Translations under genes and position numbers: made by a program
Shown: positions 23,304 through 37,304 of the stretch, one piece after another
Numbering within the stretch: the first letter of the stretch is position 1
Layout of the letters: each line of letters starts with the position of its first letter
Source: Octopus sinensis
Lineage: Eukaryota
Direction: 5' to 3'
Length of the DNA: 64,000 bases
NCBI RefSeq assembly: GCF_006345805.1
Contig: NC_042997.1
Location: forward strand, 171,802,001 to 171,866,000
Notes under the pieces: generated by a model
Database searches by the model: none
Seen by the model: only the letters and a program-made list of their open reading frames with translations
Told to the model about the DNA's origin: nothing

Positions 23304-25116
23304 CTGTTTGTACCCCATGACCACTTGACAACCTGTGTTGGTGTGTTTACATCCCTGTAACTTAGCAATTTAGCAAAAGAGACCAATTGGATAAGTACCA
23401 GGTTTTGAAAAAAATGTACTGAGAGGGATTCATTCAAGGCGGTGCCCTAGCATGGCCGCAATCTAGTGATAGAAACAAGTTAAAGATAAAAGCTTGCTTC
23501 CCAACCACATGGTTTCGGGTTCAGTCCCACTGCGTGGCACCTTGGGCAAGTGTCTTCTGCTACAGCCTTGGGCCAACCAAAGTCTTTTGAGCGGATTTGG
23601 TAGACGGAAACTGAAAGAAGCCCATCGTATATATATATATGTGTGTGTGTGTGTGTTTGTCGTCCCACCATCGCTTGACAACCAATGTTGGTGTGTTTAC
23701 GTTTCCGTAATTTAGCGGTTCGGCAAGAGAACGACAGAATAAGTACTAGGCTTACAAAGAATAAGTCCTTGAGGTTGATTTATTCGACTAAAGGCGGTGA
23801 TCCAACTTGGCCGAAGTCAAATGACTGAAACAAGTAAAAGAATACACACACGTTTTTGCGTGCGCGCGTTTACATAGCCATGCACACAAGTCATTCCTTC
23901 ACATTGTCAAAGGGAGATAATCGAGGTTTTAGAACCGCTATGTAGCTTGATGTATTCCTTACCAACTTTGTTTTCGCCCTAGGGATCTTTTCGGTTTGAA
24001 CGGCAGTTTTTTAAAATAATTTCTATGTAACTAAACATTTTTAAACTTCGTATACTGGTAGAATGTGTTTATAAAACATCTTTTTCTCTTGGCTTTCTTG
24101 AGAAAATTCTGTAGTTTGTAAGATATTTTCTTCAATTTGGGTAATTTCAACCAATCAATGACGTCTATTGAGGTGAAAACATTATCTGCCGTAAAATTTT
24201 CTGGCGGTGAAATATGATTGGGTTTATTTACATTTGGGAAGAAAAAAAGATGCCCTTCCCCCCACCCCTAACCCTAAAACAGATTGAAATGCAATAGATC
24301 GATACTAGGGTCATAATTATGGGTGGACACTACAGAGGGAACGATTTTGTTATCCAGCTCTGTTTACGAGTGACCCCTCAGTTTATGGACACAGGGTATC
24401 TTTTTTCTCATAAAAAAACAGGGACATTTTCATATGACGCCACTATAAAATGTTACAGTAGAAATCGTTTTCACCTCAATAGACGTCATTGATTGGTTGA
24501 AATTGCCGAAATGCAAGAAGTTAAAGACCAAATATCTTACAAACTATAGAATTTTCTCAAGAAAGCCAAGAGAAAAAGATGTTTTATAAACACATTCTAC
24601 CAATATACGAAGTTTAAAAGTGTTTAGTTACCTAGAAATTATGTTAAAAGCTGCCGTTCAAACCAAAAAGATCCCAACTTAGTGCTGGGCCAACCAAAAC
24701 CTTGTGAATGAATTTGGTAGATGGAAACTGAAAGAAACTTGTCATATGTCTATATATATACATACATGCATGTGTGTGTGTGTGCATGCGTATATATTAT
24801 ATACATACAGGGTGGCTTAAAAGTAGGTTTACAATTATCATGTAGGCACTTTAAATTTCTTTCAAAACATTTTATTACATTTAAATTTCTATCTTACAAA
24901 CTGAAAAGGGAGCTTGACAAAATTAACTAAATTAGTATAGAATAATGGTTTCATATTTTTTTTATAATTAAGATCTAAACTGTTATTATATGAATGCAAA
25001 AGAGATAGTTGAATAACTGTAACCTACTTTGTTCGACTAAAAGGTGGTGCTCCAGCATGGCATCTGTCAAATGACTGAAAAAAGTAAAAGAGAAAGAGAG
25101 TAAAGAGATTATTATT

Positions 25117-26310
25117 ATTATCATTTTCTCTTCCTCTTTATCACAGGTTTTGTTGGAGCTCCTGGAGTATTGCATGCATATCAACTATATAGCATATATG
25201 GTGCCCCTTGTCCAACACTACCTGGTCTGGTCTGTTATGCTCTAGCACCTGATCTGTTTGGATTGGGAAATCCCAGAGGATTTTGCTAGTCTCCTACTCC
25301 ACCCCTCTCTGCAATTTGTGCAAATGCCATGTTTTGCCTCTCTCTAGCCCCCATTTTACGCAGTTTCCAATGTAGCACTTTCACTACCTGCATGTCACCA
25401 CAACTTGTAGTAGTTTTAGGCAAGTCTAGGGCATGTGTTCATCCACTCTATTGGAGATGCAGCACAGGAGATACACTTGCTCATTCCTAAGGTTGTGGCC
25501 AAAGCTTGGTCTTGTGCTGCCAGTATAGTTCTCTCAGTTTCTTATTTTGGCATTCCTTTCATCAGCCAATCCCATCTATTTTTTCCAGCAACTTCTTTTG
25601 TGGCTGCATAGAATTGAGTGTGTAGTTCCTTATTGCATAATTCCTCTTCATGTCCTTTTTGTACTTCTGTTTTTTTCCTTTTTTCTCTGCTCTCAATATT
25701 CCCTCATTCCCTACTGTCACTAGCAAGGTTTCCTTACTTTGGGCTAGGTATCTCATTAACCCTTTCGTTACTGTATTTATTTTGTGATGTCCTGTGTTTC
25801 TTTCAATTGATTTTAAATAAAACAAAGAATTTAGTAAAATAGCTTAGTTATCATTAAGCTAGGAACATAAATTGTGACTAAGGTTTGGTGGAAGATTTTA
25901 ATTCAAAACTTATGAAAACAAGACACTTGTACTCAGAGCCAGAGCCAGTTTCAGCTGGGTTGGTAATGAAAGGGTTAAGCTCTCGAGTTTGATACGTACG
26001 CAGTCTTCCACACTTATCAGTCCTCTTCATTGTATAGGTGATCAGTGTCTGCAAATGGATGATGGGCTTCATACATCATTAGGAGCTTTCTTGACTTCCT
26101 GTCCATCTCCTTTAGCTCCTCCTCTGTCCACTTCAGGATTCCAGTGCCATACTGAACTACTGTAACCGCACATGAGTTTATTGCTGAAATTATGTTTCTG
26201 GCATTCAGCTTTGAAGCCAATATTTTTCTCACTCACTTCAGGCACTCTGTTTTTGTCTTTCCCTTCATATTTTGTTTGACTTCGTCTGCCTCAAGAATTT
26301 CCAGGTATTT
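25117..26310 (-). mobile_element. R4/Dong-clade (RLE) non-LTR retrotransposon fragment
   Basis: RKILASKLNARNIISAINSCAVTVVQYGTGILKWTEEELKEMDRKSRKLL; ETERTILAAQDQAL; TAA tail at the 3' end. Confidence 0.8.
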
Positions 26311-27889
26311 ATAGCTGGATTGAAAAGGAAAATAAAAAGAATGTTAATAGTGAATGGTGATACTAGCAGTAGTGATGATGCTAGCTTTTTTGTTGGTAGG
26401 TGTTTGTAGTTATTGTAGTGACAGTAACAACATTGCTGAATGGCCGACTCTTGCATTAAGGTGCTTGTATTAAATTATATGCTATCATCATCATCTTCAT
26501 CATCGTTTAACATCCGCTTTCCATGCTAGCATGGGTTGGACGATTTGACTGAGGACTGGCAAACCAGATGGCTGCACCAGGCTCCAATCTGATCTGGCAG
26601 AGTTTTCTACAGCAGGATGCCCTTCCTAACGCCAATCACTCCGAGAGTGTAGTGGGTGCTTTTACGTGCCATCAGCACGAGGGCCAGTCAGGCGGTACTG
26701 GCAATGGCCATGCTCAAATGGTGTTTTTTACATGTCACCTGCACAGAAGCCAGTCCAGCGGCGCTCGAAACAACCTCACTCGAATGTTTTTTCCCATGCC
26801 ACCGGCACAAGTGCCAGTAAGGCAATGCTGGTAACGATCACGCTCGAATGGTGCTTTTTATGTTCCACTGGCATGGAAGCCAGTTAGCTACTCTGGCAAC
26901 AATCATGCTTGGATGGTACTCTTAGCACTCAAGTAGCACGGATGCCAGTCATCAAATTTGATTTTGATTTCGATTTCATTTTTAAATTTCAGTCTACAAA
27001 GATATAATAGTGCTTGTCCTCAACTCTCTTAAACTTTCTTCTCTTTTATAACACACCAGACTGAGAGGTCTGCAAAGAGAATAAATGAATAAATAGATAA
27101 GTAAATAAATAAATAAATAAATAAATAGTGATGCTAACCCTTTCAAGCATCTAGAGTAAATCGTTTGTCATAGGTCCATCATTATCATGATCATCAACAC
27201 CACTACTACCACTACCACCACCTAACACCATCCTCATCACCATCCTCATCACCATTACCCACCCCCACTACCACCACCACCAATATAAGTCTGCTCAAAA
27301 ACTTCAGTGCCTTAATGCAAATAGATTTCCTATCATGACCAGCTGCTGAATATGTGGAGGAAGTCACTGCTTCCCTCATATGATAATCTTCAGACTTCAA
27401 ATTCAGGGTTGTGCACCAACAAAATGTTTATCTCTTGCAAACTGGCCATAAAAGACTGTTTAAAGAATTATTTCTTTTGCATCTGAGCCACATGAATGCA
27501 CTAGAAAAGCAGATATCTCATTAGTAATGCTTGTATACCACAGATTCTAATAGAACAAGATAGGACATGTCCTAGCATAAATCTTCTTCCTGAAACTGCT
27601 CAACTAGAACATCATACATATCTCATACATATCTCTTTCAGCCAAGATTTGTGACAGTTTGATAGCACATCCAACCAATGGCTTCACCTATGAATGCTTT
27701 AATTTTAATTTTCATTCAAACCCTAACATTCTTCTGAAAAGAAGATGCAAATGGTGTGCAAATTGAGCTGCAGTTTTTCTTAAATATAACGCCAAAGTGT
27801 GCATGAGGAATGAATTAATTTATATGTATGTATGTATGAATGTTAAAACTAACGTAGGCAAGAAAAGAAATTCCTCCCTCTTCTAGATA

Positions 27890-28440
27890 AGCATTTCCCA
27901 GTAAACCACAAATACAGGAAGAGTTTTAACAGATGCTTGATAAAAATACAATACAACTGCTGTCCCAATATGAATAACATAATCACTTACAAGCATCACT
28001 AAGAGCTCACTCTCAGTTGTACTGTCAAGGCCCTGAAGCTTACTCACTTGACCAAGCATGTATGATAAACTCGTCATATATGAGGCAGAAGTCACAGCAA
28101 TGCTTCAAGATAACCTAACTATGCAGAAAAATTACATTGGGTTATATGAAAGCAATTTTAAAAGATGCTATGTAAGCCATCTATCTTCTTTCCAGCACAA
28201 CAACAAAAGTAAAGCCACTAAGTTGGCTAGCCATGTATGGGGTTTGAAGACCACATATAATCAAATATATAATCAGAGAAATCCATGTTATTTTTAATAG
28301 ATCTAAGAAATGTAAATAATGCATTGCTGAAAGATCACATATACTTTTCAGATCTAAGAATTCTACTATGTTTTTGAATTCTAGATCTGAAATTTTCAGC
28401 AAATGCAAATACAAGAACAAATTTCATTTGGCAAACTAGA
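27890..28440 (+). mobile_element. Penelope-like GIY-YIG endonuclease fragment
   Basis: VIYEAEV...NYIGLYESNFKRCYVSHLSSFQHNNKSKATKLASHVWGLK is typical of the PLE GIY-YIG C-terminal domain. Frameshifts and stops follow. Confidence 0.75.
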
Positions 28441-28990
28441 GGATTGAGCAGATTCTTTCACAGACTTTGGTCCCTCCTCCTTTGACAATTAGCTTAATTA
28501 TGGCTTTATGATTAAAGGGGACATAACTCTGATTTTTCTTTCCTCTTCTTTGCACCAGCATCCTTTTCTGTAATTTGAATAGACCATGTTCCCAGAAACT
28601 GGAAATTGCTTGGAGACACAAGGTGGGTTATAAAAACCTGCCTCGACCTGAGTCTCTAAAGCAAGATACAATTAGTTGTTTGCAAATTATACTGTATACA
28701 TTAAATGATATTTATCTCTCACTTGATGGAGTACTTTTTATGTTGGTCTTACCTTCATGAAACAGTAAACTACACCCACACACATACACACATACATTAG
28801 TGCATGTGTATACATTTGTGCTCTTACTACAGCACAAGGAATATTTTATTCCTATTTGTAGCAATGCAGGTTTCTCAGTATTCTTAGTCACATTTAGTGA
28901 TGATCAAATTAATTTTATATATATGCATATATATATATATATGTATATATATATATTTATATATATATATATATATTATATATATATATA

Positions 28991-29302
28991 TCATCATCAT
29001 CATCGTTCAGCGTCCGTTTTCCATGCTAGCACGGGTTGGACGGTTCGACCGGGGTCTGGGAAGCCAGGGGCTGCACCAGGCTCCAGTCTGATCTGGCAGT
29101 GTTTCTACAGCTGGATGCCCTTCCTAACGCCAACCACACCCACTACACTCGCGGAGTGGTTGGCGTTAGGAAGGGCATCCAGCTGCAGAAACACTGCCAG
29201 ATCAGACTGGAGCCTGGTGCAGCCCCTGGCTTCCCAAACCCCGGTCGAACCATCCAGCCCGTGCTAGCGCGGAAAACGGATGCTAAACGATGATGATGAT
29301 GA
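28991..29302. repeat. Fold-back palindrome of two family-B SINE 3' ends
   Basis: ~145-bp arms joined head-to-head with a ~19-bp loop, and CAT/GAT tails pointing outward into TA tracts. Confidence 0.9.
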
Positions 29303-29312
29303 TATATATATG

Positions 29313-29345
<33 letters not shown>

Positions 29346-29360
29346 ATATATATATATATA

Positions 29361-29396
<36 letters not shown>

Positions 29397-29722
29397 ATAA
29401 GAATTTAGAAGCATTGAGAGAACATCTATTAATTCGTTTTTGGAGCGGTTGAAACTTGAAGCAGAAAAAGTTAGAAATAATACTATGTAAATACTGTTTT
29501 AAAAATTCATGGCAAAGGTTCTACTATTGGACCAAAGTGATCCTTTAAATTTCTCTATCCATTTTAGAAGAAACTCCATTCATACAAGCAAGAATTTATG
29601 TTGTTGGTGCCATAAGAATATGTATGCACACACACACACATCTGTCTGTCTGTCCCTCTTTCTGAATGTCTGTCTGTCTATTTCTCTCTCTCTTTCTCTT
29701 TATATATATATATGTACGTGTG

Positions 29723-29764
<42 letters not shown>

Positions 29765-31662
29765 CATGAGTAAGCACATAAATGCAAAACAAGGGGGGAA
29801 AATAGTACTTGAATACCAAAGGTAGAGTAATATGCTACATGACAACAGTCCAATGAACAGAAATGAGTAGCAGTTTTTTTGTGATATTTTTGCAATTTTA
29901 ATAATATATATATATATATATTTACATATATATATATTTATATGTATGCATGTACTTATGTATGTATTATATATGTTTGTATGTATATATGTATGTATTA
30001 TGTATGTATACATGCATGCATGCATGTATGTATGCATGTATGTTTGTATGTATGCATACACATATGACATACATTCCTGCACCTATCATACCAAATAATC
30101 TAAATGCACAAGATTTCTATTGTGGTTCAGTCTCGAAGCAGGAAATTTTAATTAAAATCTAGAAATGACTTCCTTAATTCTGCTTGTATCGAATACATTT
30201 TAACCCTTTAGTGTTCAGATTGGTCTGGCAAATGTAATGTTTATTTATTCACAATGCTTTGAATTTATCATGAATTATCTCATAACTTCAAAATTTCAAT
30301 GATGTGAGTGTTTACTTTTAGAATGTCACTGTAGGGTTAGTGTAAAAGAGTAATTAATCATATAGATTAATGCCATGAATTGTGGTCCATAATGTGATAC
30401 ATATGTTAAACCCTTAGTGATAGTTAAATCAGTATTTCTGCTCTTTTATAGCATGCCAGGCTCAGAGGTCTGTAAAGGGAATAAATGAATGTATGAATGA
30501 ATGAATGAATAAATAAAAATAAAAATAAATATTGGTGCTAACCTTTCATACATCTAGAATAAATCATTTATCACAGGTTCGTCATTATCATGATCACCAC
30601 CACCACCACCCATCACCCCCTTCATCCCCACCACCACCTTCATCCCCATCACCACCACCACACCACTACCACCACTACCATACCACCATCATCATCATTA
30701 TTAGTATCATTGTTTTAATGACCATTTTCCCATATGTGCATGGGTTGGATGGGGCTCATTCAAGAAGATTTTTTCATAGTTGGATGCCATTCCTGTCACC
30801 AACCCTCATCTGTTTCCAAGTGAGGTGATATTTCCCTTTGGTTTAACAGGTTTCCATTGAAGACTGAAAATGAAGGAGACTGCGCCTATGATAGCGACAA
30901 GCCACTTACAACTATCATGAAATGTGAAGACAAAGGGATATACTGGTATTCCATTGGTTATGATGGTGAGGATTCCAGTTAATCTAACCAATGGAATAGC
31001 CTGTTTGTAAAAGTATTTGCATGGGACTGAGTACTCCTCAAACACAACTACCCTTAACTTAGTCCTCAGGGAGATTCAGTGTGACACAGAATGTGATAAG
31101 GCTAGCCCTTTGAATTACAGGTACAACTCATTTTTGCTAGCTGAGTGGACTTTTTTTTTTTTTACTTGTTTCAGTCCTTTGACTGCGGCCATGCTGGAGC
31201 ACCGCCTTTAATCGAGCAACTCAACCCCAGGACTTATTCTTTGTAAGCCCAGTACTTATTCTATCAGTCCTTTTTGCTGAACCGCTAAGTGACAGGGACA
31301 TAAACACACCAGCATCGATTGTCAAGCAATGCTAGGGGGACTAACACAGACACACACATATATATACATACATACGACGGGCTTCTTTCAGTTTCCGTCT
31401 ACCAAATCCACTCACAAGGCTTTGGTTGGCCCGAGGCTATAGTAGAAGACTGAACCCGGAACCATGTGGTTGGTAAACAAGCTACTTACCACACAGCCAC
31501 TCCTACGCCTGGAGCAATGTGAAATATAGTGTCTTGCTCAAGGACTTTATGCGCTGCTGGGAATTGAACTCACGACCTTACAAGCTCTAGAAATTGTTCT
31601 TATGGATACTGCTCCCATTCTAAGGAAAACACTATCAACCTGAGAATATCTGATTCTTTTAA

Positions 31663-31882
31663 CCCTTTAACATTTAAATTACTCTATCGCATGTAATGCT
31701 TATTTATTCACATTGTTTTGAATTAATCTTGCATTATCTCATAGCTTTGAAATTTTGATGAAGCGATTGTTTATTCTTAGAATGACATTGTCAGGTAGGT
31801 GTGAGAGGCCAGGTCTGGCTGGTTTGAGCATACGACAGGTAGACTATTTGAACCAGATGTGACCGGTTTAAATACTAAAGGG
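31663..31882. mobile_element. Second TTAA-type (piggyBac-like) MITE family; partial copies at ~22125, 30203, 51595 and 54700
   Basis: TTAA|CCCTTTAACATTTAAA...TTTAAATACTAAAGGG|TTAA. Confidence 0.7.
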
Positions 31883-32064
31883 TTAAACTCTTTTTAAAAT
31901 TGCAAATAATATAGGCGTAGGAGTGGCTGTGTGGTAAGTAGCTTGCTTACCAACCACATGGTTCCAGGTTCAGTCCCACTACATGACACCTTGGGCAAGT
32001 GTCTTCTACTATAGCTTCGGGCTGACCAAAGCCCTGAGAGCGGATTTGGTAGACGGAAACTGAA

Positions 32065-32112
<48 letters not shown>

Positions 32113-32687
32113 ATATGTTTGTGTGTCTGTGTTTGTCCCTCCAACATTGCTTGACAACCGATGCTGGTGTGTTTACGTCCCCGTAACTTAGCGGTTCGGC
32201 AAAAAGACTGATAGAATAAGTACTAGGCTTACAAAGAATAAGTCCTGGGTCGATTTGCTCGACTAAAGGTGGTGCTCCAGCATGGCTACAGTCAAATGAC
32301 TGAAACAAGTAAAAGAGTAAAAGAATACAAAACTTTAAACTTTTAAACCATTTCCACCTGTTGCCACACCTTTCACACATTTCCATATTCTCTAGCCAAG
32401 TTAATGGAAAAGAGATTATTTCAGGTATTGGTCAGAGCTGGTAATTATTCTTTTGTGGTCATGTGAAGTTCTTGTCCATTTTCAGAAAGGGAGAGGCATG
32501 TAATTGGCTACCTTGAAATTTTGTAAATGAATTTCTTGACAAGACAGTGGTGTCTCTAATGAAATACCTCTCACACGTTATTTCATTGTCTTGGAACTGA
32601 CGTATGTTCAGCAATTCTTTCTGGTTCACCATGCTAGCAATATTGTTGTTTAAATTTTGGTTATAACCACATATATGGTGCTACTAA

Positions 32688-33638
32688 GGGCGGCAAGATG
32701 GTAGAAACGTTAGCTCGCCGGACGAAATGCGTAGCTGTATTTCGTCTGCTATTACGTTCTGAGTTCAAATTCCGCCGAGGTCGACTTTGCCTTTCATTTT
32801 TTTGGGGTCGATAAATTAAGTACCAGTTACGCACTGGGGTCGATGTAATCGACTTAATCCCTTTGTCTGTCCTTGTTTGTTCCCTCTGTGTTTAGCCTCT
32901 TGTGGATAGTAAAGAAATAGGTATTTCGTCTGCTGCTACGTTCTGAGTTCAAATTCCGCCGAGGTCGACTTCGCCTTTCATCCTTTCGGGGTTGATAAAT
33001 TAAGTACTAGTTACGCACTGGGGTCGATGTAATCGACTTAATCCGTTTGTCTCCTTATTTGTCCTCTCTGTGTTTAGCCCCTTGTGGGTGGTAAAGAAAT
33101 AGGTATTTCGCCTGCCCCTACATTCTGAGTTCAACTTCCACCGAGGTCGACTTTGCCTTTCATCCTTTCGGGGTCGATAAATTAAGTACTAGTTACGCAC
33201 TGGGGTCGATGTAATCGACTTAATCCGTTTGTCTGTCCTTATTTGTCCTCTCTGTGTTTAGCCCCTTGTGGGTGGTAAAGAAATAGGTATTTCGCCTGCC
33301 CCTACATTCTGAGTTCAACTTCCACCGAGGTCGACTTTGCCTTTCATCCTTTCGGGGTCGATAAATTAAGTACTAGTTACGCTCTGGGGTCGATGTAATC
33401 GACTTAATCCGTTTGTCTGTCCTTATTTGTCCTCTCTGTGTTTAGCCCCTTGTGGGTGGTAAAGAAATAGGTATTTCGCCTGCCCCTACATTCTGAGTTC
33501 AACTTCCACCGAGGTCGACTTTGCCTTTCATCCTTTCGGGGTAGCTAAATTAAGTACCAGTTACGCACTGGGGTCAACATAATCGACTTGTTCTGTTTGT
33601 CCCCTCTGTGTTTAGCCCCTTGTGGGTAGTAAAGAAAT
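32688..33638 (+). repeat. SINE family A head followed by five tandem ~183-bp body units
   Basis: One tRNA-like head at 32688, then repeated GTATTTCG...AAAGAAATAG units. Confidence 0.9.
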
Positions 33639-33967
33639 ATATATATGGTGCTACTTATTCCAAGGCATTGACTTGATGCTCATTTGATATCAGAAATTAT
33701 GATGTTTCTCTCATTCTCTTCTTCCCCCTCTCTCTCTCTCTCCTTTCCTCTCACTGTCTCTCTCTCTGTTTATGTGTGGGGTCATATTTCTCTTTATGTG
33801 TGTGATGAGAAGGGAAGTATTTATATCAATCATGTTCAATTAATAAATTGTAACATCTTTCTCTCTTTCCCTTGCTCTCGCTCTCTCTCTCTCTCTTTCT
33901 CTCTCTGTATGTGTATATTTCTGTGCATGCTTGTGTGTGTGTTTGTTTTCTGTGCCAAAAACTATTG

Positions 33968-36865
33968 CCTATTTCTTTATTGGCCACAAGGGGCTAAACA
34001 CAGAGGGGACAAACAAGGACAGACATAGGTATTAAGTCGATTACATCGACCCCCAGTGCGTAACTGGTACTTAATTTATCGACCCCGAAAGGATGAAAGG
34101 CAAAGTCGACCTCAGCGGAATTTGAACTCAGAACGTAACTACAGACGAAATACCTATTTCTATTTCTTTATTACCCACAAGGGGCTAAACACAGAGGGGA
34201 CAAACAAGGACAGACATAGGTATTAAGTCGATTACATCGACCCCAGTGCGTAACTGGTACTTAATTTATCGACCCCGAAAGGATGAAAGGCAAAGTCGAC
34301 CTCAGCGGAATTTGAACTCAGAACGTAACTACAGACGAAATACCTATTTCTATTTCTTTATTACCCACAAGGGGCTAAACACAGAGGGGACAAACAAGGA
34401 CAGACATAGGTATTAAGTCGATTACATCGACCCCCAGTGCGTAACTGGTACTTAATTTATCGACCCCGAAAGGATGAAGGCAAGTCGACCTCAGCGGAAT
34501 TTGAACTCAGAACGTAACTACAGACGAAATACCTATTTCTATTTCTTTATTGGCCACAAGGGGCTAAACACAGAGGGGACAAACAAGGACAGACATAGGT
34601 ATTAAGTCGATTACATCGACCCCCAGTGCGTAACTGGTACTTAATTTATCGACCCCGAAAGGATGAAAGGCAAAGTCGACCTCAGCGGAATTTGAACTCA
34701 GAACGTAACTACAGACGAAATACCTATTTCTATTTCTTTATTACCCACAAGGGGCTAAACACAGATGGGACAAACAAGACAGACATAGTTATTAAGTCGA
34801 TTACATCGACCCCAGTGCGTAACTGGTACTTAATTTATCGACCCCGAAAGGATGAGGCAAAGTCGACCTCAGCGGAATTTGAACTCAGAACGTAACTACA
34901 GACGAAATACCTATTTCTATTTCTTTATTACCCCAAGGGGCTAACACAGAGGGGACAAACAAGGACAGACATAGGTATTAAGTCGATTACATCGACCCCC
35001 AGTGCGTAACTGGTACTTAATTTATCGACCCCGAAAGGATGAAGGCAAAGTCGACCTCAGCGAATTTGAACTCAGAACGTAACTACAGACGAAATACCTA
35101 TTTCTATTTCTTTATTGGCCACAAGGGGCTAAACACAGAGGGGACAAACAAGGACAGACATAGGTATTAAGTCGATTACAGACATACCTCGACCCCCATG
35201 CGTAACTGTACTTAATTTATTCTATCGACCCCCCGAAAGGATGAAAGGCAAATCGACCTCAGCGGAATTTGAACTCAGAACGTAACTACACAGACGAAAT
35301 ACCTATTTCTATTTCTTTATTGGCCAAGGGGCTAAACACAGAGGGGACAAACAAGGACAGACTAGGTATTAAGTCGATTACATCGACCCCCAGTGCGTAA
35401 CTGGTACTTAATTTATCGACCCCGAAAGGATGAAAGGCAAAGTCGAGACCTCAGCGGAATTTGAACTCAGAACGTAACTACAGACGAAATAATACCTATT
35501 TCTATTTCTTTATTACCCACAAGGGGCAAACACAGAGGGGACAAACAAGGACAGAACATAGGTATTAAGTCGATTACATCGACCCCAGTGCGTAACTGGT
35601 ACTTATTTATCGACCCCGAAAGGATGAAAGGCAAAGTCGACCTCAGCGGATTTGAACTCAGAACGTAACTACAGACGAAATACCTATTTCTATTTCTTTA
35701 TTACCCACAAGGGGCTAAACACAGAGGGGACAAACAAGGACAGACATAGGTATTAAGTCGATTACATCGACCCCAGTGCGTAACTGGTACTTAATTTATC
35801 GACCCCGAAAGGATGAAAGGCAAAGTCGACCTCAGCGGAATTTGAACTCAGAACGTAACTACAGACGAAATACCTATTTCTATTTCTTTATTGGCCACAA
35901 GGGGCTAAACACAGAGGGGACAAACAAGGACAGACATAGGTATTAAGTCGATTACATCGACCTCCAGTGCGTAACTGGTACTTAATTTATCGACCCCGAA
36001 AGGATGAAAGGCAAAGTCGACCTCAGCGGAATTTGAACTCAGAACGTAACTACAGACGAAATACCTATTTCTATTTCTTTATTACCCACAAGGGGCTAAA
36101 CACAGAGGGGACAAACAAGGACAGACATAGGTATTAAGTCGATTACATCGACCCCAGTGCGTAACTGGTACTTAATTTATCGACCCCGAAAGGATGAAAG
36201 GCAAAGTCGACCTCAGCGGAATTTGAACTCAGAAGTAACTACAGACGAAATACCTATTTATTTCTTTATTACCCACAAGGGGCTAAACACAGAGGGGACA
36301 AACAAGGACAGACATAGGTATTAAGTCGATTACATCGACCCCAGTGCGTAACTGGTACTTAATTTATCTCGACCCCGAAAGATGAAAGGCAAAGTCGACC
36401 TCAGCGGAATTTGAACTCAGAACGTAACTACAGACGAATACCTATTCTATTTCTTTATTGGCCACAAGGGGTAAACACAGAGGGGACAAACAAGGACAGA
36501 CATAGGTATTAAGTCGATTACATCGACCCCAGTGCGTAACTGGTACTTAATTTATCGACCCCGAAAGGATGAAAGGCAAAGTCGACCTCAGCGGAATTTG
36601 AACTCAGAACGTAACTACAGACGAAATACCTATTTCTATTTCTTTATTACCCACAAGGGGCTAAACACAGAGGGGACAAACAAGGACAGACATAGGTATT
36701 AAGTCGATTACATCGACCCCAGTGCGTAACTGGTACTTAATTTATCGACCCCGAAAGGATGAAAGGCAAAGTCGACCTCGGCGGAATTTGAACTCACAAC
36801 GTAACGCAGACGAAATACCGCTAAGCACTTCGCCCGGCATACTAACGTTTCTGCCAGCTCGCTGC
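33968..36865 (-). repeat. SINE family A-derived tandem array, 15 units of ~190 bp; a two-unit version at 38708-39122
   Basis: Near-identical units containing GGGGCTAAACACAGAGGGGACAAAC...GAACTCAGAACGTAACTACAGACGAAATACC. A single SINE head sits at the right end (minus strand). Confidence 0.95.
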
Positions 36866-37304
36866 CAAAAACTATTGCCACCAAACAGTTGCCCCCACAT
36901 CATCTCATTCCAGTGTTTAAATGTCTATATTAATAAACGTCTCTCTCTGTGTAACTGTCATTTCCTTTCTCTATTTATCCTTTCTTTAAATCTATTAAAT
37001 TTTGGTGAGATGTAATATATATTGCCATATTGTTGTCAAAGCCTTCACACACCATAATCTCAGTGGACCTCCCCCCCCCCGTTGCTTATTGTTTGATGAA
37101 GACGAAATTTTTTTTCTTTTTCAAAATGTGAAAATTTTTTTCCCCCCTCTAAACAACAGATGAAACTGGAAACATCTCACTTTTCTATGTAATAGGCCTA
37201 CACAAATATGGCACGCACAAAAATATATTCAATTTGGGAATTTATCCTGTATTTTTTGTTTCAGAAACTTATGAACTAGCAAAAGCACACCTGAAGTAAT
37301 TTCA

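Noticed and set aside
32350-32635. Minus-strand ATG-initiated reading frame (MVNQKELL...) as a host exon
   Set aside because: It is short with stops and is more consistent with a decayed Tc1-type transposase N-terminus.
33968-36865. CRISPR-like regular array
   Set aside because: Units are contiguous ~190-bp near-identical repeats with no unique spacers, they derive from a SINE, the context is eukaryotic, and no cas genes are present.
33968-36865. Retrozyme (hammerhead-containing tandem repeat)
   Set aside because: I found no CTGANGA core on either strand of the unit.
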